Assembly: GCA_050331735.1 (NCBI GenBank)
Contig: JBHJGN010000086.1
Span: 1 to 31,021 of the forward strand
Origin: Cyanophyceae cyanobacterium
Lineage (GTDB): Bacteria; Cyanobacteriota; Cyanobacteriia; Cyanobacteriales; JBHJGN01
DNA length: 31,021 bases
Direction of reading: 5' to 3'
This document shows, piece after piece, positions 8,325-18,030 of the stretch. Positions within the stretch are counted from its first letter, which is position 1. Every line of letters begins with the position of its first letter. The notes beneath the pieces are model-generated. The model searched no databases and was not told the origin of the DNA. It saw only the letters and a list, made by a program, of their open reading frames with translations. The translations under genes and the position numbers were made by a program.

Positions 8325-8501
8325 ACTCATGCCTATTGTTGTATGCAATGAGCGTTTCTAAGCATTGAGCCATAATGCTACCAAATAGGGCAATAGCAAC
8401 TGAATCAACCCTAAATCTTGTTGATTATACCTAGAGTTTGATGCTTTATTGTTTATCAGCACCTAAGCTACTAGAAGTTGCCTATATCAAGAGCCGTACA
8501 C

Positions 8502-8687
8502 ATGAATCAGAGTTGGGTAAAACTTCTTCTTTTTGGTCTGGTTATTTTATTAGTCCTTGCTCCTTTTGCCGGTCTTGCTCCGTTGATGCTGATTCTACTC
8601 GTCGCTGCAATCGGCAGTGCTTTTTGGACTATCGTCCGAACTTTCTTCGGTCAAGTAGATACACAAGATGCGCAGCGCGATTCATAA
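8502..8687 (+). CDS. Small membrane protein, 61 aa
   Basis: MNQSWVKLLLFGLVILLVLAPFAGLAPLMLILLVAAIGSAFW..., a long hydrophobic hairpin, followed by a stem-loop at 8719-8739. Confidence 0.65.
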   Translation: MNQSWVKLLLFGLVILLVLAPFAGLAPLMLILLVAAIGSAFWTIVRTFFGQVDTQDAQRDS

Positions 8688-8718
8688 CCAATGAGTTCTA
8701 ACTGCATAGCCGAGGATA

Positions 8719-8748
8719 GCTGCCGTTATCTCTGGCAGCATCATTTTA
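8719..8748 (+). terminator. Putative terminator hairpin
   Basis: GCTGCC...GGCAGC stem followed by ATCATTTTA. Confidence 0.4.
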
Positions 8749-9100
8749 CTTGTCAGAACCAGTCGACGATCGCCTCATAAACCAAGCCAACACCGATCCC
8801 CATCGGCATACCCTGTTTCTCGAAGTAGCGTACCTCCTCAAATACCCTCTGTGGTTTTATCATCCAGCGGTAGTCTTTCAGGTTTTAAGAGGGAGAAAGG
8901 GGAAAGGGGAAGGGGGAAAGGCTGTAGCACTCTTTAGTTGCATAACATCCACGCTGGGAAATGGAATAACAAGTTCCAATCAGCAAGCAACTATCACCCA
9001 TCAACCAAAACCTTCAGCCTCTACCGTTTGCCAGAGAAATAAGCTAGTACTCTTAACTACGATGAAGCGTGGTCAATTTATTTGCTTTTGAGGAAAAACC

Positions 9101-9976
9101 GTGAGTAGACGATTAGAAGGAAAAGTAGCGATTGTTACCGGCGCTGGCGCTGGCATTGGCGAGGCGATCGCTCATAAGTTTGCCAAAGAAGGAGCAACCG
9201 TTGTGGTCAATGGACTGCCTGGAGATCCGGCTCCAGCAGTTGCCGCAGCAATTAAAGAATATGGTGGTGAGGCGATCGCTCATGTCGGAGACGTTTCCCA
9301 AGCCTCAGCCGCTCAAGAGTGCGTTCATGCGGCGATTAACGAGTACGGCAAGCTCGACATCCTGGTGAACAATGCTGGAGTTTTCTTAGCCACTGGGGAA
9401 ACGCAAGATTACCCCATTGAGGTATTCGAGAAAACCATTAAGATGAATCTCTACTCTGCCTTCCTGATGACGAAGTATGCGTTGCCCCATTTGCAAAAAA
9501 CGCGCGGCAACATTGTCTCTGCGGGGTCAGAAGCCGGATTCAATGGTTTAGCCCAAAACACTCCCTACGGAGGAACAAAGGGCTGGATGCATTCATTTAT
9601 GAAAGGCGTTGCCGTCGAACAAGCGAAGTACGGCGTTCGCGCCAACTGCGTTTGTCCGGGAGCCATTGATACCGCCTGGACGCACAAGGAAACCGGACCG
9701 ATGGACGACCAGATGGAAACCATGCTCATCAATGCGACTCCAATAGCGAGACGGGGAACGCCGGAGGAGATGGCAAACGTGTATGCGTTTATTGCCTCCG
9801 ATGAAGCGAGCTACGTCACGGGAGCCCTGTGGCTTGCTGATGGCGGAGTCACCGTCGCCAAGGGCGGTGTGGGGCAACAAACCCCCGAAGAACTGCGTCA
9901 GCCGCCCCAAGGAGAGCTACGGTTAGACCACGCAAAAGAAGGATTGGAAAATAAGCAAACTCAGACAGTCAAGTAA
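9101..9976 (+). CDS. SDR-family NAD(P)-dependent oxidoreductase
   Basis: TGAGAGIG, NNAG, YGGTK (YxxxK) and NCVCPG motifs; GAGGA ribosome binding site. Confidence 0.93.
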   Translation: MSRRLEGKVAIVTGAGAGIGEAIAHKFAKEGATVVVNGLPGDPAPAVAAAIKEYGGEAIAHVGDVSQASAAQECVHAAINEYGKLDILVNNAGVFLATGETQDYPIEVFEKTIKMNLYSAFLMTKYALPHLQKTRGNIVSAGSEAGFNGLAQNTPYGGTKGWMHSFMKGVAVEQAKYGVRANCVCPGAIDTAWTHKETGPMDDQMETMLINATPIARRGTPEEMANVYAFIASDEASYVTGALWLADGGVTVAKGGVGQQTPEELRQPPQGELRLDHAKEGLENKQTQTVK

Positions 9977-9995
9977 TTCCGCACTACAAACGATT

Positions 9996-10032
9996 AAGCG
10001 ATCACCTACTGAGGTAAAGGGCGATCGCTTTT
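9996..10032 (+). terminator. HIP1-containing intrinsic terminator
   Basis: AAGCGATCACCT...GGGCGATCGCTT stem with a T-run, just after the SDR stop. Confidence 0.55.
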
Positions 10033-10477
10033 GCTCACATCGTGGGTTTCTTACGCGCCTGATTCGGTTTGACTGTACTGCTCAATGAGCTGAGCGCACT
10101 ATCTACTTTCTTCTTAGCTTATTGCCTTGAATCTTCAAATGTAGAGAGCTTGATTCTCCATTGCATCAGATGTAGTGCTGTTCAAAATTATGAGCAACCT
10201 TCGCAGAATTTCTTGATAGGAATTTCTGACAGCAATAATAAACATGAATAGAAATTTCCAGCAGTAGACTCCAAGTACACAGAGAAACAAAGCATAACCA
10301 TAATAAATTCAGTGCCTAGAAATGGCACTTAGCTAAATACTACTCAAGCTTCCTGTGCAAAGTGAGCAAGACTGCATTGAAGAGCATCCCTGTATGTCAT
10401 TTTGATAAATAACGCTAGCATGATGATAGAAGCACTGTGAGCAGCTTGAGCCGCTTTCTTATCTAGCGCTGGTAGCC

Positions 10478-13204
10478 ATGAAATTTGGACAAAGAGCGAT
10501 CGCCCTCATCGCCTTAACCGTACTGATCGGTCTCTCCCTGGTTAATACTCTCATTCACCTCTTAACAGAATCCTGGTGGTTCGAGACGGTGGGGTTTGCC
10601 GACGTGTTTTGGACTCGCTTAACCTGGCAGGCGATCACCTGGGTAGGAACCTTTGCGATCTATGCCGTCTTTCTCTGGGGTAACTATCAGTTAGCTCTTA
10701 ATCTAACCCGCGAGCGCGCCTTTACCTATCTCAAAGGCACTGAGTTTGAACCCTACAGTAAATTTATTGCCAACGCTGTCGCTCTCATCATCATTTTTGT
10801 TTCGTCTCTCGGTGCGGCTCAAGCAAGCGCGGCGGACTGGGAACTAATTTTAAAGTTCCTCAATGGTACTAACTTTGACGTAACCGAACCGATCTACGGG
10901 CTAGATGTCGGGTTTTACCTCTTCAAGCTGCCGCTATTTGAAAGAGCCTATGGCTGGCTGCTGTCGCTATTTGCCATCGCCCTCGTGCTGTCGGCGGGGG
11001 TTTACGTACTCAAGCAGCGCATCAGTCTTGACTATCGCTTCATCAACTCCATCTCCGGTAGAGTCAAGACGCATCTGAGCGTGTTACTGGCGGCGATCGC
11101 TCTCCTGATTGCCTTTGACTTTTGGCTAGAGCGCTACGAACTGCTCTATTCCACCGAGGGCGTGGTATTTGGCGCGGGCTATACCGATACTCACGCCCGT
11201 CTGCTAGCTTACTGGGTGATGTTTTTCTTGGCTCTTCTGCTCGGTACGCTCTTTATTCTGGCAGTGTGGCTCAACAATTTCTCGCTTCCTGTGTATGGAG
11301 TCGCCCTCTACTTAGTCGCGTTGATTCTGGTTAACGGTGTTTATCCAGGGTTCCAACAGCAGTTTGTCGTAGAACCCAATGAACTGGCCAAAGAAAGACC
11401 TTATATCGAAAACAATCTCGAATTCACCCGCAGTGCCTATAGTTTAGACAACATCCCCACCGAAGACTATCCCGCCGCCGCCCAGCTTGATAGCCAAGAC
11501 TTACAGGAAAATCAGTCAACGGTACGCAATATTCGCCTGTGGGACTATCGCCCCCTGCTGAGTACCTACCGTCAGCTTCAGGAAATTCGCCTCTACTACC
11601 ACTTCAACGACGTAGACGTAGACCGCTACACCCTTGATGGTAACTATCGCCAGGTCATGCTTGCACCTCGGGAGCTATCCTACGAGCAAGTTCCCCAACA
11701 GGCTCAAACTTGGGTGAATCAGCGCCTCAAGTACACTCACGGCTACGGGTTAGTCATGAGTCCAGTGAACCGCGTTACTCCCCAAGGCTTACCGGAACTA
11801 TTTATCAAAAATATTCCGCCAGCGTCAGCGGTAGATCTAGAAATTGACGAGCCAGCAATTTACTACGGAGAAGATACTAATACTTACATCTTCACTGGCA
11901 CTAGCACCCCAGAGTTCGACTATCCGCGCGGCGATGAAAATGCCTTTACCAATTACGCAGGAGAGGGAGGAGTGCCGATGCCTTCGCTGTGGCATCGCCT
12001 CGCCTATGCCTACGATTTCAGCAGTCTCAAAATCCTCATTTCCAACTACTTTACCGATACCTCCCGCGTTCACTATTATCGCAACATCCGCGAACGGGTG
12101 AGCCATGTAGCTCCGTTTCTGCGCTTCGACCGCGACCCTTATATCGCGGTGGTTGATGGTAAGCTTTACTGGATTGTCGATGCGTATACGACAAGCGATC
12201 GCTATCCCTATTCTAAACCTGTGGCTCAGAGCGACAATGCTGGTGAAGCAGTTCAGGCGGTTGGTGAGATCAACTATATTCGTAACTCTGTCAAAGTGGT
12301 CGTCGATGCTTTTAACGGCACCATGCAGTTCGTGGCGATGGATGAAGACGAACCTGTTATGGCAACTTATCCCAAAATCTTACCCAGTCTCTTAACCTCA
12401 CAAGCAGATATTCCTCCTGAAATTCAAGCTCACTTTCGCTATCCTCTAGACTTCTTCAAAATTCAGTCCCAGATGTTCCTGGCGTATCACATGAACGATC
12501 CGCAGGTGTTTTACAACCAAGAGGATCTGTGGCGCTTTCCCACCGAACTATATGAAGGGAATCAGCAGCGGATGGAGCCGTACTATGTGATTGTGCAGTT
12601 GCCGGAGGAGTCCCAGGAAGAATTTATTTTGATCTTGCCTTTTACTCCTGTTAATAAAGACAACATGATCGCCTGGATGGCAGCGCGGTCCGATGGTGCA
12701 AACTACGGCAAGCTGCTGCTGTACGAGTTTCCCAAACAGGAGTTAGTCTACGGTCCCTCGCAGATTGAGGCTCGCATCGATCAAACCCCCGATATTTCGC
12801 AGCAGCTCACGCTATGGAGTCAGGAAGGCTCTCGAGTGATCCGCGGTAACTTACTGGTGATTCCGGTGGAGGACTCTCTACTCTACGTTGAACCCGTGTA
12901 TCTGCGGGCAGAACAGGGAGAGCTCCCGGAGCTGAAGCGGGTGATCGTCGCCTACGACAAAGATGTAGTGATGACTCCCACTTTAGAAGAATCGCTGGCC
13001 ACTATTTTTGAAGGGCTAACCGTTGAAGAATCGCCACCGTCTCCGACAGCAACCGCACCCAGTACGCCAGATGCTTCAATAGCTGAGTCGGCGTTGGCAG
13101 CTTATGAAAGAGGACAAGAAGCACTCCGCCAGGGAAACTGGTCGGAATACGGTCGCTATCAACAAGAGCTCAGAAATCTGTTGCAGCAGTTGCAGACTGA
13201 ATGA
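10478..13204 (+). CDS. UPF0182-family membrane protein
   Basis: N-terminal multi-TM region; NIRLWD, QEIRLYYHF, DVDRY, YTHGYG, DAYTTS, NYIRNSVK and GNLLVIP motifs; 908 aa. Confidence 0.93.
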   Translation: MKFGQRAIALIALTVLIGLSLVNTLIHLLTESWWFETVGFADVFWTRLTWQAITWVGTFAIYAVFLWGNYQLALNLTRERAFTYLKGTEFEPYSKFIANAVALIIIFVSSLGAAQASAADWELILKFLNGTNFDVTEPIYGLDVGFYLFKLPLFERAYGWLLSLFAIALVLSAGVYVLKQRISLDYRFINSISGRVKTHLSVLLAAIALLIAFDFWLERYELLYSTEGVVFGAGYTDTHARLLAYWVMFFLALLLGTLFILAVWLNNFSLPVYGVALYLVALILVNGVYPGFQQQFVVEPNELAKERPYIENNLEFTRSAYSLDNIPTEDYPAAAQLDSQDLQENQSTVRNIRLWDYRPLLSTYRQLQEIRLYYHFNDVDVDRYTLDGNYRQVMLAPRELSYEQVPQQAQTWVNQRLKYTHGYGLVMSPVNRVTPQGLPELFIKNIPPASAVDLEIDEPAIYYGEDTNTYIFTGTSTPEFDYPRGDENAFTNYAGEGGVPMPSLWHRLAYAYDFSSLKILISNYFTDTSRVHYYRNIRERVSHVAPFLRFDRDPYIAVVDGKLYWIVDAYTTSDRYPYSKPVAQSDNAGEAVQAVGEINYIRNSVKVVVDAFNGTMQFVAMDEDEPVMATYPKILPSLLTSQADIPPEIQAHFRYPLDFFKIQSQMFLAYHMNDPQVFYNQEDLWRFPTELYEGNQQRMEPYYVIVQLPEESQEEFILILPFTPVNKDNMIAWMAARSDGANYGKLLLYEFPKQELVYGPSQIEARIDQTPDISQQLTLWSQEGSRVIRGNLLVIPVEDSLLYVEPVYLRAEQGELPELKRVIVAYDKDVVMTPTLEESLATIFEGLTVEESPPSPTATAPSTPDASIAESALAAYERGQEALRQGNWSEYGRYQQELRNLLQQLQTE

Positions 13205-13288
13205 ACCGATGGGAATCAAACCTAGGAAAGAGGAATAAACCGAGGAAGTCAAGTTAAAAGGAATGCGTTTCCTCATAAGGCAAAAACC

Positions 13289-13507
13289 ATGACAAATCCA
13301 CAAGCTCATCCTGATAGTCCACGCCATCACACCAGCAAAATCAAAGGCATGCTGAGCGATCTGATCGAACACTTGCGAGAGGACGTTACTAAAATTGAGG
13401 AGCCAAAAGCCGAGGCTTTATTTGAGACGGCGGCGGAGGTTCTAATTGGACTAAAAACCGCTTTTGAAGACTACGAAAAGAACAACGAAGAAGCTTGGCA
13501 AAAGTAA
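13289..13507 (+). CDS. Small helical hypothetical protein, 72 aa
   Basis: PRHHTSKIKGMLSDLIEHLREDV...ALFETAAEVLIGL has a natural amphipathic pattern; AAGG upstream. Confidence 0.75.
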   Translation: MTNPQAHPDSPRHHTSKIKGMLSDLIEHLREDVTKIEEPKAEALFETAAEVLIGLKTAFEDYEKNNEEAWQK

Positions 13508-13573
13508 AAGTAACGAAGATTTATTGCGCTTCTAGATGCAGGGAGAGTAAAAACATCTTACTCTCCCAAACCT

Positions 13574-13885
13574 TTATTTCTTTTTGTTAATGTCGCGAGC
13601 CATATTGCGGAACATATCCATGTCCTTGCTAGCGCGACGGCGCTCAGAATTAGCGCTACTTGTCTTCTGCTCAGCAGAGTTGAAATCAATCGGAGCTTTC
13701 GCGTTGTCGATCTGTTTCTTGACATCAGCCCCTTTGCGGTAAAGCTCCATATCGCCAAAAGTTCTTGCATCATCTGGCTCTAGGTAATAAGCCTCTTTCT
13801 TGTTTTGAGGTTTAGGCTTCTTTTCCGGCTCTCGCTCTTGATTAGATTTATTAGAACCGAATAAACCTCTGATAATTCTTACCAT
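13574..13885 (-). CDS. Cyanobacterial hypothetical protein, 103 aa
   Basis: IRGLFG, AYYLEPDDARTFGD and MDMFRNMARDI motifs recall a conserved cyanobacterial small-protein family. Confidence 0.75.
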   Translation of the reverse strand: MVRIIRGLFGSNKSNQEREPEKKPKPQNKKEAYYLEPDDARTFGDMELYRKGADVKKQIDNAKAPIDFNSAEQKTSSANSERRRASKDMDMFRNMARDINKKK

Positions 13886-14035
13886 TGTTTGTTTTGTCGT
13901 TAGCTCGATCTACTTACGTTGATCTTATCAGAATTAATAGTGAACATAAGAATATTTAAAGTGATTATTTTTACGACTTGAGCTTTCTTGAACGCTCCTA
14001 AAGAGTCATGCTGCTCTCTTGAGCTACGATACCAG

Positions 14036-14755
14036 CTAAAACGGTGATGATACCTCTCGGAGAGCCTCTAAATCTAGCTCTATCAGACGCTCGTATGCCC
14101 GCTCAATTTTACCTCGGCCTCGTAAAAAGCCCGTGTTTGCACCGGGGCAAATGTACTGAAGAGACTGGGGAGTAAAGCGATCGCGCAACCATCCTACGCT
14201 CCGCAACTGGCGAAACCAGTGAAAGGTTTTGGCCGTTCTTAGGGGAGTGGGGTTGCCCTGCTGGTTGGGCAACAGGTGTCGCCCAGTAAACAACACCCCA
14301 CCGTGAGCGCGATGGTAGAAACACGAAGAACCCGGAGAATGACCGGGAGTCCAAATACCCTGGATGTTCTCGGTTAAGTTTATTTCTTGGGCAAATGGGG
14401 TTGTCTCGATATCCGGAAGCAGATAGGCTTCTTGTTCTTGAAGGACTACCTCGCACTGCATCGCTTCCTGAATGTGCTTGACCTTGGCCATCCCGCCACG
14501 ATGGCTAAGCAACAGCCAGCGCACTCCCCCTTGAGCCAGCAAAAAATGATAATTTTCTTCACTCCATAGAGGACAATCCAGCAAGATGCCGCTTCCTTTC
14601 TCTACAATGTAGTAGGCAGTTCCTCCCAACGTATCTCGGTTAGGCGGAAAGGCATAAATAGTCTCAAAAATCTGCTGTGGTGGTTTATTTGTACTGCTAA
14701 ACGTCCAGCCAAAATGAGGAGACTGACTATCTGATTTTGAGAAGTTTTGCTTCAT
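14036..14755 (-). CDS. MBL-fold metallo-hydrolase
   Basis: AFPPNRDTLGGTAY, ILLDCP, LLSHRG, WTPGHSPGS and LFTGRHLL motifs. Confidence 0.85.
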   Translation of the reverse strand: MKQNFSKSDSQSPHFGWTFSSTNKPPQQIFETIYAFPPNRDTLGGTAYYIVEKGSGILLDCPLWSEENYHFLLAQGGVRWLLLSHRGGMAKVKHIQEAMQCEVVLQEQEAYLLPDIETTPFAQEINLTENIQGIWTPGHSPGSSCFYHRAHGGVLFTGRHLLPNQQGNPTPLRTAKTFHWFRQLRSVGWLRDRFTPQSLQYICPGANTGFLRGRGKIERAYERLIELDLEALREVSSPF

Positions 14756-14942
14756 TTACTATTGCTAGATTAAGCCATCGGAATTTACTGGTTCGCCTAG
14801 ATTTGAGCTTGCCCGGGCGCGCTGCCGCATTACCTTGGGCGGAACGTTTAAACCCAAGGCAGCTTTGCTATTGATATCATCAAAGCTAGACTGTAAGGGT
14901 ACTCTTCTTGTAAAAACGCTTCTATATTTTTAGCCAATCAAT

Positions 14943-16229
14943 ATGGAACTCTGGTTACTTTTAATATTACTAGGTTCAATTACATATCTCGCTATTATTC
15001 GTAGCGTTGCTGTTCGCACTAAAAAAGCCTCGAAAACTCGGTCTAGTGCTCCAGTTCTCCCAACGAAGCAGGAAGAGGCAACAGCACGTCCCATTAGTAG
15101 AAATGAGGAAACGGCTTTGCGAAACTGTTTTCCCTGGGGAACCTATTATTTACAGCACATTGACTACCGTCCTCAAGCAATTCTCTGTCGGGGAAAGCTG
15201 AGAGCTGTGCCAGAAGAAGCGTATAAAATCATTAAGCAAAACGTAGAAAAAGCCTTTGGCGATCGCTTTTTGCTCATTTTTCAAGAAAGTTTTAAAGGTC
15301 AGCCCTTCTTTGCTTTGGTGCCTAATGCTCAACAGCGTTCCCAAGATGAAGCTTTGAGTAAACCGGGTTTGGCGCTAGGACTCTTGCTGATTACCGCCTT
15401 TACGACGACCGTTGTGGGGACAAAGTTGAGCGGTATCGACTTTGACCAATTGCAGACCAACCCACAATTGCTGCTGCGCGGGCTACCCTACAGCCTCGGG
15501 CTGATCTTTATCCTAGGCGTACACGAACTCAGTCACTACCTGACAACGGTGCGCTACAAAATTCGCGCGACTTTGCCGTACTTCATTCCAGAACCTTTTC
15601 TGTTTCTAGGGACTTTTGGCGCGTTTATCCAAATGCGATCGCCCGTTCCCAACCGTAAAGCCCTGTTTGATGTCTCAATTGCCGGTCCCATTGGCGGTTT
15701 TATTGTGACTCTGCCCGTCCTTTGGTGGGGGCTGTCTCTATCCGAAACCTTACCGCTGGTTCAAGAGAGCAGCATCCTCGACTTTGAAGCCTTTGACCCG
15801 CGCTTTTCGCTATTGCTCGCGCTCGTGGCTAAATTTGCCCTAGGATCGGCCTTGGAGCCGGGAATGGCGATCGCTTTTCATCCCTTAGCCGTCGCTGGCT
15901 ATATTGGTCTGATTTTTACGGCGCTCAACCTGATGCCCGTCGGTCAACTCGATGGCGGTCACATTGTCCATGCCATGTTTGGTCAGCGTCCTGCTGCCAT
16001 TATTGGTCAGGTTAGTCGTCTGCTGGTGTTTGTGCTGGCGATCGCTCGCCCAGATTTTCTGCTCTGGGCGATTATTCTCTTCTTTATGCCCATTATCGAT
16101 CAGCCGGCTCTCAATGATGTCACAGAACTCGATAACCGGCGCGACTTATTCGGCTTGCTGGCGCTAGCGCTGTTGGTTGTCATTCTGCTGCCGTTACCGG
16201 GAACCATTGCTCAGTGGTTAAATATTTAG
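14943..16229 (+). CDS. Site-2 protease (M50 intramembrane metalloprotease)
   Basis: HELSH, GTFGAFI, FDVSIAGP and NLMPVGQLDGGH motifs. Confidence 0.93.
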   Translation: MELWLLLILLGSITYLAIIRSVAVRTKKASKTRSSAPVLPTKQEEATARPISRNEETALRNCFPWGTYYLQHIDYRPQAILCRGKLRAVPEEAYKIIKQNVEKAFGDRFLLIFQESFKGQPFFALVPNAQQRSQDEALSKPGLALGLLLITAFTTTVVGTKLSGIDFDQLQTNPQLLLRGLPYSLGLIFILGVHELSHYLTTVRYKIRATLPYFIPEPFLFLGTFGAFIQMRSPVPNRKALFDVSIAGPIGGFIVTLPVLWWGLSLSETLPLVQESSILDFEAFDPRFSLLLALVAKFALGSALEPGMAIAFHPLAVAGYIGLIFTALNLMPVGQLDGGHIVHAMFGQRPAAIIGQVSRLLVFVLAIARPDFLLWAIILFFMPIIDQPALNDVTELDNRRDLFGLLALALLVVILLPLPGTIAQWLNI

Positions 16230-16353
16230 CGACAAACTGGTAACTCGGAGGGCGATCGCTCTTGGGGGTTAGTTTATCTCAATGGATGAGGTGTTGAAAG
16301 AGTTGGCTTGAAGCGATCAGTTATGTGTCTCCACAAAGGCTAATGTTACATTC

Positions 16354-16749
16354 CTACAGCATTTTTCCCTTAAGACTTCGCTGATCACGAGGGGCTAGCT
16401 GAGTTTCTGGGAACCAGGTTTGTCCCTGTCCTCTGTAGTACCAAAGCTGTTCGCCGCGATGCCACGTCGAATCACTAATCCTGTCTTCTCCGGTTCCCTG
16501 TTCTGTGGAAACGAGCACAGACTGACCGATGCGAAAATTAGGTTCAGGAAGCTTTTCTAAAGCAATATACGCCATTACTTCATACCTGGCGGTTCTCTGA
16601 GCCGTTTCAAAATCTGTACCAATAGCCCCTTGCCTTAACCACTGATCGAAATCGATACGAATGCGAAACACCCAGAAGTAAGGCGATGGAAGCGTTGAGT
16701 CTTTCCGAATCTCAATCAGAAACCCTTTGTAGTATTCTATATAACTCAT
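16354..16749 (-). CDS. Hypothetical protein, 131 aa
   Basis: ATG-started ORF filling the intergenic space; C-terminal PNFRIGQSV...WYY...WFPETQL resembles a small SH3/Tudor-like barrel. Confidence 0.65.
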   Translation of the reverse strand: MSYIEYYKGFLIEIRKDSTLPSPYFWVFRIRIDFDQWLRQGAIGTDFETAQRTARYEVMAYIALEKLPEPNFRIGQSVLVSTEQGTGEDRISDSTWHRGEQLWYYRGQGQTWFPETQLAPRDQRSLKGKML

Positions 16750-16809
16750 CTAATACCATTTCTTAATAGTGATGCTACAACAAAGTTAATTGTGCAAGTA
16801 GAGCCAACT

Positions 16810-17895
16810 CTATTGACGGCGCCATAGCCAACGCACACCTCCGATTGCAACCGTCAGTAACCCCAAGAGTGAATTTGGTTCGGGAACAGCTTTCACCTCA
16901 GCAATGACGCTGACATTAGGTGCTTTAGCTTCTCCATCAAAAACTAATTCAAAAGCGTCGGCGTCATCTAGCACAGTAGCCCGCAGAAACAAAGCACTCC
17001 AGCGGGCAATTGTTTCAATGGCTTCATCCTGAGCCAAAGTAGGATTGCTAAAATCAGGGAGCGCACCAGGAGGATTATCAACGTTAGTAATACTGAAGTG
17101 ATTCGCACCATTAACACTAATTAATGCTTTGGGCGGATCTTGGATTAAATTAAACGTAGCCAAAGCTTCCTCCGGTGTGGCTACCCCATCTAGACTGCCC
17201 TGTACTAAAGCTATCGGAATCCCCTCATTGTTTGTCGGAATAAATTCCATTAAGAGGGGATCGAATCGATTGGTTCCGTAAAAAGCACCCGCCATGAGTG
17301 CCTCTGGACGACTAAAATCTCCCAAGCAGAAGGGGAAAATGCAGGAGCCTTCAATAGCGGTTAAACCCACTGCTCCTCCTTGAGAATGACCGAGTAAAGC
17401 TAGCTTATCAAGATCTACAATATCTGCTAGCGGTGAAGTAGAATTTTCGCTTTCCGTCAGCACAAAGTCATAGACTGCATTGATTTGCGAGGCTTCTGGA
17501 AGTAAACCATTAAAATCAAATTGGGGAAGCGATACCGTGTTGTTTGGCACAGCAACGATAAAGCCGTAGCTAGCAACTTGAGTTGCAAAATTAGAGTAGA
17601 AAGATTTATCTACTAATGCACCTGGTAGCAGAATAGCGGTGGGAAATGATTCATCGCTGGTAGCAGAGACACGGGGAAAATAGATGTCTGCCGGATTTCC
17701 ATCGGTTGGAATCGTAGTCGTAAAGCGGTTAACTTCAAAAGAAACATCGCTCAACGCAGCAGCAATGGTTGTTTCTGCAACGCCAAAACCCATAATAACG
17801 GACGCGAAGAGAAAGAATGGGCAATTTATGCTCGAAAAGCCTGCTGTTATCGCTTTATTGTTTGCTAATCTCATTTTCAAGAATTTAGAACTCAC
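16810..17895 (-). CDS. Chlorophyllase/cutinase-like alpha/beta hydrolase with PEP-CTERM sorting signal
   Basis: GHSQGG nucleophile elbow, GSLDGVA and GANHFSITN motifs; C-terminal VPEPNSLLGLL-hydrophobic-WRRQ. Start uncertain. Confidence 0.85.
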   Translation of the reverse strand: MSSKFLKMRLANNKAITAGFSSINCPFFLFASVIMGFGVAETTIAAALSDVSFEVNRFTTTIPTDGNPADIYFPRVSATSDESFPTAILLPGALVDKSFYSNFATQVASYGFIVAVPNNTVSLPQFDFNGLLPEASQINAVYDFVLTESENSTSPLADIVDLDKLALLGHSQGGAVGLTAIEGSCIFPFCLGDFSRPEALMAGAFYGTNRFDPLLMEFIPTNNEGIPIALVQGSLDGVATPEEALATFNLIQDPPKALISVNGANHFSITNVDNPPGALPDFSNPTLAQDEAIETIARWSALFLRATVLDDADAFELVFDGEAKAPNVSVIAEVKAVPEPNSLLGLLTVAIGGVRWLWRRQ

Positions 17896-18030
17896 TTTAT
17901 TGGTTTTTCCTTCACATGAGTGTAAAGTGTTGCCAGATAAAAAAACAATCTGTTAAATAACTTTTAATTCTGCGCTCGCTTTCGATGGCCCAAAAATTTT
18001 ACTCAGGGCTTCTTGCTCGTCCCTAACGCC

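Noticed and set aside
8750..9091. 113-aa plus-strand ORF
   Set aside because: TTG start, runs through the G/A-rich repeat and the SDR promoter region, and has no recognisable motif.
10033..10477. ncRNA or small gene in the 445-nt SDR-UPF0182 spacer, including ORF 10069..10251
   Set aside because: Only short hairpins such as AGTGCC-TAGAAAT-GGCACT and unconvincing ORFs on both strands; no recognisable RNA family.
14821..14862. Structured RNA between the divergent MBL and M50 genes
   Set aside because: A single CCTTGGG/CCCAAGG hairpin with no further support.
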